This document shows positions 26,768-32,000 of a stretch of 32,000 nt of DNA, piece by piece; the first letter of the stretch is position 1, and each line of letters starts with the position of its first letter. Both the position numbers and the translations under genes were made by a program. The stretch comes from Akkermansia muciniphila ATCC BAA-835 (GTDB taxonomy: Bacteria; Verrucomicrobiota; Verrucomicrobiia; Verrucomicrobiales; Akkermansiaceae), in the NCBI RefSeq assembly GCF_000020225.1, contig NC_010655.1:2100001-2132000 (forward strand). The letters run 5' to 3'. The notes below the pieces were generated by a model, which was given only the letters and a program-made list of their open reading frames with translations, did no database searches and was not told the DNA's origin.

Positions 26768-28119
26768 AAACGGTTATTACTTACGGAACCTTTGATTTGC
26801 TGCACACGGGGCACGTGAATCTGCTGAAGAGAGCCCGGAAACTGGGGGACCGGCTCATCGTCGGCGTGACTACGGACAGTTACGACCAGAGCCGCGGCAA
26901 GCTGAATGTCATGGAGAGCCTGGAGGAACGCATGGAAAATGTGCGGAAAACCGGTCTGGCGGATCTCATTATTAAGGAAGAACTAGAAGGGCAGAAGATT
27001 CATGACATACGGAAGTACGGGGCGGATGTTTTTGTGATTGGCTCCGACTGGTCGGGGAAATTTGACTATCTTCGCGATTATTGTGAGGTGGTTTACCTGG
27101 AACGCACCAAGGGCGTTTCTTCAACAGACCTCCGTTCCGCCCGGAATCCCATTGTATATATGGGAATTGCAGGTCACGGGCGCATAGCGGGCCGTTTTCT
27201 CCGGGAGTCCAAATATGTCAGCAATATTGAAATAACAGCCGTTTTCGGAAGGAATGAGGAGAAAGTCCGCCGTTTTGCAGAGTTCCACGCTCTGCTGGAA
27301 TATTATACGGAATACGAACAGTTTCTGGACCGGGTTCATGCCGTTTATATTGCCGTCCCCCATCATCTCCATTATGAAATGGCCAGGAGGGCCCTGTTGC
27401 GGGGGAAGCATGTATTGTGCGAGAAGCCTCTTGCCCTTGCCCGGGAGGAGGCGGAAGAGCTGTTCCGGCTGGCCGAAGAGAAAGGAGTCGTTTTGCTGGA
27501 AGCCCTTAAAACTGCGTTTTGTCCGGCTTTCCAGCAACTGACCAGTTTGGCGGGGAGCGGCATTATTGGTTCCATCAAGGCGGTGGACGCCACGTTTACC
27601 AAGCTGATAGAGGATGAGGCTGCCAGGGAGTATGACCCCATGCAGGCCGGAGGCGCCTGGACGGAACTGGGTTCCTATCCCGCCTTTGTCATTGGGAAGC
27701 TTCTGGGAACCGAGCCCCGCAGGATTCGTTTTGTTACTTGCAGAAAGCCTCATACGGGCGTGGACGTGTTCACGCGCGCGGAATTTCTTTATTCCAATGC
27801 AGTAGCCACCGCCACGGCAGCCATAGGAGCCAAGCAGGAAGGGGACTTGTGCATTACCGGAACGGAGGGGTATATTTATGTGCCGGCGCCTTGGTGGAAG
27901 ACGGAGATGTTTGAAGTGCGGTTTGAGGATGCCCGGCTCAACAGGAAATATTTTGCCAATTTTGAAGGGGATGGGCTGCGTTATGAACTTGGCGCGTTTT
28001 TGCGCCTGATTCATGGCTGCCAGCACGGCAACCGTCTTTTGACCCGTGAGGATTCCGTGTTCATGGCTGATGTTGCCTCCCGTTTCAGGAGAGGGTATTG
28101 CGTGGAAGAGATCAGTTAG
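26764..28119 (+). CDS. Fusion protein: TagD-like (HxGH-type) cytidylyltransferase (aa 1-~130) + Gfo/Idh/MocA-family NAD(P) oxidoreductase (aa ~135-451)
   Basis: The N-terminal part is MKTVITYGTFDLLHTGHVNLLKRARKLGD...RTKGVSSTDLR, carrying the HxGH and RTxGISTT motifs of glycerol-3-phosphate cytidylyltransferases. The C-terminal part is VYMGIAGHGRIAGRF...AVYIAVPHHLHYEMARRALLRGKHVLCEKPLAL, a Rossmann fold plus EKP motif. Confidence 0.85.
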   Translation: MKTVITYGTFDLLHTGHVNLLKRARKLGDRLIVGVTTDSYDQSRGKLNVMESLEERMENVRKTGLADLIIKEELEGQKIHDIRKYGADVFVIGSDWSGKFDYLRDYCEVVYLERTKGVSSTDLRSARNPIVYMGIAGHGRIAGRFLRESKYVSNIEITAVFGRNEEKVRRFAEFHALLEYYTEYEQFLDRVHAVYIAVPHHLHYEMARRALLRGKHVLCEKPLALAREEAEELFRLAEEKGVVLLEALKTAFCPAFQQLTSLAGSGIIGSIKAVDATFTKLIEDEAAREYDPMQAGGAWTELGSYPAFVIGKLLGTEPRRIRFVTCRKPHTGVDVFTRAEFLYSNAVATATAAIGAKQEGDLCITGTEGYIYVPAPWWKTEMFEVRFEDARLNRKYFANFEGDGLRYELGAFLRLIHGCQHGNRLLTREDSVFMADVASRFRRGYCVEEIS

Positions 28120-28216
28120 AAAGAAGAGGCCTTCTTACACCTGTGGAATTCTGGGGTAGTGCCGACGGAACTTTTTCTTGGAACCGTTTTGTTTCGCATG
28201 AATGGAAGCCATCCTA

Positions 28217-29266
28217 TTATTTCTTCCGAAATGGGGAGAATCTGTTCAGTATGGAGGTGTTCCATTCCACAAAGGACTGGAGTGTAGGAACCGGAATGTT
28301 TAATTGCTCCGCCAGATAGCAAATGGGTTTGGTGCCCAGAGGAACATCTTCCGTAAAGTAACGGGAAGAAAAATCGGGAATCCATCCTTGTTTCCGGCGG
28401 GTCATGGGAGCTTTAACCCCATGGAATGCCGGAATAGATTGAATCTTTTTAGTCAACTCTACGGCATTTCTGGATTCATAATAATCTAGGACGGGAATGA
28501 TGTCCTTTCCGATTTCCATGCCGGGACAACAGGAACAGAGGGTCAGAAGTTCTCTATCTGCCTGGATGTACAACTCACTGGCCTCCTCCGTCCATTCTTC
28601 ATAAAAAAGAAACTGCTTGTCATAAAACGTTCCTTCCCTGTAGTGGCGAAACAGACTCATGCAGCGGGAAGGGTGGAGAAGGGGGTTGGAGTTGGTCAAC
28701 AGAAAGGGCCAGGGAGAAGAAAGATGAGTCAGAGGAGTGTCAAATAAGGTTTCCAACATGGCGGACCAATGTTCGGCATTATTTCCTGGGGCTACCCATA
28801 TCCTGTTAAGAGGGCGGCTTCCGAGAATGGAGACGGAATGTCCATATTCCTGCGTCCGACAAATCAGGGGAACCTTGTATATTCCCATCAGGCTGACGGT
28901 GGAAGTCCAAGAGGGATCTTCTGCCATCTCCATGACCTCCGGAGTACCGGGTACAATAACGAGCCCCTGTTCTCGATGCAGATAGGGTTTAATGCGGTGG
29001 CATACCTCCCGAATGCCAAAGCGGGGAACCGCCACCAGCACAAGGTTGCAGTCTTTCAATGTTTCCGGATGGTTGCTGATATGCCCTAGGGGAGCATGGT
29101 GCGTAGTACCGTTTGGAAAGATAGCGGAGAGACTTTTTCCCCATTGATTAGGGTTTCGGGTTAGGATATTGACATGTAGGCCGCGTGTACCCAGCCATCC
29201 CGCCATGGCATGGGCCAGGTTGCCGCCGCCGCAAATGCCTATGACAGGAGTGGAAATTGTATTCAT
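28217..29266 (-). CDS. NAD(P)-dependent octopine/nopaline (opine) dehydrogenase-family protein
   Basis: The N-terminal Rossmann motif is VIGICGGGNLAHAMAGWLGTRG. The ~350-aa size and the motif LLTNSNPLLHPSR resemble the opine-dehydrogenase family. The family call rests on my recognition only. The ATG shares one nt with the upstream stop (TGATG). Confidence 0.68.
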   Translation of the reverse strand: MNTISTPVIGICGGGNLAHAMAGWLGTRGLHVNILTRNPNQWGKSLSAIFPNGTTHHAPLGHISNHPETLKDCNLVLVAVPRFGIREVCHRIKPYLHREQGLVIVPGTPEVMEMAEDPSWTSTVSLMGIYKVPLICRTQEYGHSVSILGSRPLNRIWVAPGNNAEHWSAMLETLFDTPLTHLSSPWPFLLTNSNPLLHPSRCMSLFRHYREGTFYDKQFLFYEEWTEEASELYIQADRELLTLCSCCPGMEIGKDIIPVLDYYESRNAVELTKKIQSIPAFHGVKAPMTRRKQGWIPDFSSRYFTEDVPLGTKPICYLAEQLNIPVPTLQSFVEWNTSILNRFSPFRKK

Positions 29267-31158
29267 CAGGAGGCTGAAGTGGAACAGGATGAAAAAGGGG
29301 ATTCTCCGTTAGTGGGACAAGTAGAAGACGGTTCCGAGCCGGTTTCTGCATGCATGGCCCGGACCAGGGCATCATTGTCGGTTGCGTCTCTGACGGCGAT
29401 ACGGATGAATTCTCTGCCTTCAAATCCTTTTTTCCGGCTACAGTCCTTAACAAGGATGGAGTGGTTTTTCAGCAGAAGGCCGGTCAGGGAGCGGGCTTTC
29501 ATGGGGGGCTTGACCTCGCACATGAAATAGTTTGCCTGGGAGGGGAAAACGTTCAGGAAAGGCACGCGGGAGAGTTTCTGCATGAAGCGGTCCCGTTCCT
29601 TCATGAAACGGTTGCACGCGCGCACGTAGGATTGCTCGTATTTCCCGAAGATTTGCATGTAGAATTCCGCGATGGAATTGATGTTCCAGATGGAAACGTC
29701 TTTTTTTATCCATGCCGCCAATTCCCTGTCTGCGGAGGCCAGAACACCCAGGCGGAGGCCCGGAACGCCGTAGGATTTGGAAATGCTTTTTACCACGGCC
29801 AGGTGGGGATATTCTTCCAGGATGCCGTCTTTCAGCAGCGTATTGTCCGGCATTCCGCAGGAGAAGTCTACAAAGGATTCATCCACGATCAGGCGGATGC
29901 CGCGGGTTTTTGTCCACAGGCAGAGGCGTAGCACATCGCCTTTCGGCAGGAAGAATCCGGAAGGGTTTCCCGGATTGACGAGGAGCAGGGTACCGATGTC
30001 TTTCCCGGAAAAGAATTCCATCAGGTCGTCCGCCGTATAAGTGAAATTCCGGGAAGCGGTATGGAAGGGAACCACCATATCCGGTTTCACCCGGTTGGGG
30101 TATTCTTCAAAGGTAGGGTAGATGACCCCCATTTTCCCTTCCAGGCGGGACATGAGCGCCTTAATGAGTTCCGCCGCGCCGTTGCCGATGCAGATGTATT
30201 CCTGGCTGATGCCGAAGTATTTTGCCGCCAGCAGGCTGTTGACTCTCATTCCGGACGGGTATTCCCTCACTAGGCGTTCAAAATTCGCCTTGAGTTCGGA
30301 CATGAGGCGTTTGTTGGGGAAATAGGGATTGACCAGGTAACAGAAATCCCTGATGCGGGGATAGCGCCAGTAGCCTCCGTACCGGGATTCCATCAGGCGC
30401 AGGTGTTCTTCCCTGTCCGGGGTGAATATGGAGGCTGCGATGTCCAGATCCTGGATGTCGTCTATTTCATACCATGCTTCGCCGCCGAGGCGCAGCGCCT
30501 TGATTTCCGGCTTGTCCAGCAGGGCGATGACCCGCAGCACCTGTTCGTAATATTCATTATTGCCCAGGGCTTTGCTGTAGGCTGTAAGAAAGGGGACGTA
30601 ATGGGTCCGGGAGAATTCCCTGCTGAATTTGTAAATATTGACTGTTTTAAAATATTCCGTCTTTTTCTTGTAGGAGAATTTGCTGCCGGGAATGAATTGC
30701 CTGATGTTGTCGTCTTCATCCAGAGTGACGACCGTGCCGTCCATCCAGCTTTCAAATTTGGCGACGAGAGCAAGGCTGGGGTAGGGATGGCGGAGCAGGG
30801 CATCAATAACGGAGTCTTCAAAAATCAGGTCGGATTCAAAGAGCAGCGTATCGTCCTGAAGCAGGTGTTCCTTGGCCAGGTACAGGGAATAAATATTGTT
30901 GGTGCTGGCGTACAGGGGATTGTCCACATATTCCACAGGGGTGGAAATGTCCAGCTGGGAAAGGAAGGTTTTGAGTTTTTCCCCCTCATAACCCGTAACA
31001 ATCACGATTTTTTCCAGAGACGGGGAAAGGCGGTCCAATTGTCTCATCATGCGTTCTATCAGCGTCACTCCGTTGACCTGGATCATGCACTTGGTATTGT
31101 TCCGGGTGAGCGCTCCCAGTCTTTTTCCCATTCCGGCCGCTAAAATGATCGCCTGCAT
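29266..31158 (-). CDS. Fusion protein: LicC-like sugar/alcohol-phosphate nucleotidyltransferase (aa 1-~245) + CobD/HisC-like class I/II PLP enzyme (aa ~260-600)
   Basis: The N-terminal part is MQAIILAAGMGKRLG...TKCMIQVNG...NNIYSLYL...AWYEIDDIQDL, which parallels the CTP:phosphocholine cytidylyltransferase LicC. The C-terminal part has DFCYLVNPYFP, LLLVNPGNPSG, the PLP-lysine context VKSISKSYGVPGLRLGV (K461) and FIRIAVR. It ends in a Ser/Thr/Pro-rich 25-aa tail. Confidence 0.85.
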   Translation of the reverse strand: MQAIILAAGMGKRLGALTRNNTKCMIQVNGVTLIERMMRQLDRLSPSLEKIVIVTGYEGEKLKTFLSQLDISTPVEYVDNPLYASTNNIYSLYLAKEHLLQDDTLLFESDLIFEDSVIDALLRHPYPSLALVAKFESWMDGTVVTLDEDDNIRQFIPGSKFSYKKKTEYFKTVNIYKFSREFSRTHYVPFLTAYSKALGNNEYYEQVLRVIALLDKPEIKALRLGGEAWYEIDDIQDLDIAASIFTPDREEHLRLMESRYGGYWRYPRIRDFCYLVNPYFPNKRLMSELKANFERLVREYPSGMRVNSLLAAKYFGISQEYICIGNGAAELIKALMSRLEGKMGVIYPTFEEYPNRVKPDMVVPFHTASRNFTYTADDLMEFFSGKDIGTLLLVNPGNPSGFFLPKGDVLRLCLWTKTRGIRLIVDESFVDFSCGMPDNTLLKDGILEEYPHLAVVKSISKSYGVPGLRLGVLASADRELAAWIKKDVSIWNINSIAEFYMQIFGKYEQSYVRACNRFMKERDRFMQKLSRVPFLNVFPSQANYFMCEVKPPMKARSLTGLLLKNHSILVKDCSRKKGFEGREFIRIAVRDATDNDALVRAMHAETGSEPSSTCPTNGESPFSSCSTSAS

Positions 31159-31205
31159 AAGTATTCTAATTTGTCTTCAGAACCTGAGAAAGAACCGGGA
31201 ACTAT

Positions 31206-31381
31206 GTTTAACGGATTGAGCATCCGCCGTCAAAGTAAAAATTTCTGTAAGAATATGTTAATGGGATATTACCCGGGCGAAAAGAAAAAACCGCCTTTTA
31301 TGTTTCATCGCAATCCTTTTATTTTTCATTGATTTAACTTTGGACAGAATGGGAGAAACGTTTAACGGATGCTCAATCCGC
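31206..31381. repeat. Two 22-nt lox-like sites, identical except for a reverse-complemented 5-nt core, flanking 139 bp in a divergent promoter spacer; candidate inverton
   Basis: Site 1 at 31206-31227 is GTTTAACGGAT-TGAGC-ATCCGC. Site 2 at 31360-31381 is GTTTAACGGAT-GCTCA-ATCCGC. This is equivalent to a perfect 15-nt inverted repeat, CGGATTGAGCATCCG (31212-31226) and CGGATGCTCAATCCG (31366-31380). Confidence 0.5.
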
Positions 31382-31492
31382 TTGTTGCCAATACCGTGGA
31401 AAGGGAAGGATAAGGTCTGTCTGCATTTTGGAAAAAGCAGCGTTAATATCATGGAACGGGTGTTTTCTCCGAAAAGGATAATTTGTTTTTCA

Positions 31493-31520
31493 TTGACTTG
31501 TAAAAAGTGGGGGATAAGGT
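31493..31520 (+). promoter_or_regulatory. Candidate sigma70-like promoter for the second LicD gene
   Basis: TTGACT (31493-31498), a 16-nt spacer, then TAAGGT (31515-31520). It lies 74 nt upstream of ATG 31594. The -35 is part of a recurring TTTTTCATTGAYTT motif. This is sequence-pattern evidence only. Confidence 0.3.
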
Positions 31521-31593
31521 TCTGATTCTGCCGGATGTGCTTTCCTGGAAAAATGAATCATATCCTGCGTGTTTTTGACCCAATTTATCTGCG

Positions 31594-32000
31594 ATGAAGC
31601 TGCCATCATTCATTACCGCCGGAAGGACTGGAAAATTAGTAAGGGGAAAGCATTGGTGGGTGACGGAAGTCCGGTGCTGCGGCCTGAAAGTGCTTTCTTC
31701 CTGCACGGATAGGAAAAAGCGTTTCATCCGTTTTTTCGGTATTCCATGCGGACGGTTCAAGGTGGGCCGGGAAGGTGAAGCCTCCCAATTGGGCAAACTG
31801 GTAAAAGCTACCGTTCGGGCCGAGGAGATGCCCCAGGCGTCCGGAGTGCTGAGGATTGTGCAGCAGGCCATGACCTGTTTTTTGAATGAAGTGGCCGGAA
31901 TTCTTGAGGAGGGCGGTTATCCGTACTGGCTTGATTTCGGGACGCTGCTGGGCGCGGTGCGGCACCGGGGCTTTATCCCCTGGGATGACGACCTGGATAT
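31594..32000 (+). CDS. LicD-family transferase, copy 2 (5' partial; runs off the window; not in the supplied ORF track because it has no stop)
   Basis: My translation of the frame in which 31594 is a first codon position is open from 31579 to the window end. It reads ...MPQASGVLRIVQQAMTCFLNEVAGILEEGGYPYWLDFGTLLGAVRHRGFIPWDDDLD. This matches the copy-1 motif at the protein level with different codons. The start is either ATG 31594 (third-position GC is elevated from ~31650 on) or ATG 31828, which would give a canonical LicD N-terminus. Confidence 0.8.
   Translation, partial: MKLPSFITAGRTGKLVRGKHWWVTEVRCCGLKVLSSCTDRKKRFIRFFGIPCGRFKVGREGEASQLGKLVKATVRAEEMPQASGVLRIVQQAMTCFLNEVAGILEEGGYPYWLDFGTLLGAVRHRGFIPWDDDLD

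Noticed and set aside
28121-28136. Hairpin AAGAAG-AGGC-CTTCTT between the convergent fusion gene and the opine-dehydrogenase-family gene, considered as a bidirectional terminator
   Set aside because: It has only a 6-bp AT-rich stem and no flanking T- or A-runs, so I cannot support it as a terminator.
31258-31525. Small ORFs (64 aa minus strand, 61 aa plus strand) in the AT-rich spacer, also 8-199 (63 aa) at the left edge and 31449-31965 on the minus strand
   Set aside because: They have no motifs and overlap the repeat or promoter elements, or lie antisense to LicD-2. Such ORFs are expected by chance in spacers of this length.

Overview
This 32-kb window looks like a bacterial chromosome, about 55-60% GC by eye. 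The high-GC ORF shadows and the giant beta-strand-repeat autotransporter resemble a Verrucomicrobia/Akkermansia-like genome, but I cannot verify that without a search. Most of the window is core housekeeping: hemB, thrS-infC, dxr, coaD, a UDP-glucuronate decarboxylase, a eukaryote-type UDP-glucose pyrophosphorylase, an acyl-ACP thioesterase, an OmpR-type two-component pair and a GGQ release-factor-like protein.

Three regions look accessory.
(1) Bases 1-6179 hold a 1953-aa autotransporter. A perfect 14-bp inverted repeat pair brackets 170 bp of AT-rich DNA just upstream of it. Synonymous codon usage switches sharply at the start of the C-terminal barrel.
(2) At 11028-11040 a G13 homopolymer lies between a small membrane-protein gene and the two-component operon.
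(3) From 25546 to the window end there is a lower-GC gene module. Two diverged LicD-family phospho-headgroup transferases flank three enzymes: a TagD-like cytidylyltransferase fused to a Gfo/Idh/MocA oxidoreductase, an opine-dehydrogenase-family enzyme, and a LicC-like nucleotidyltransferase fused to a CobD/HisC-like PLP enzyme. I read this as a possibly undescribed surface-glycan phospho-headgroup decoration system.

The divergent promoter spacer of that module contains two lox-like sites. They are identical except for a reverse-complemented 5-nt core and lie 139 bp apart, so it is a candidate invertible switch.

I saw no rRNA, tRNA, CRISPR array, transposase or recombinase gene. One GNAT acetyltransferase gene is frameshifted.
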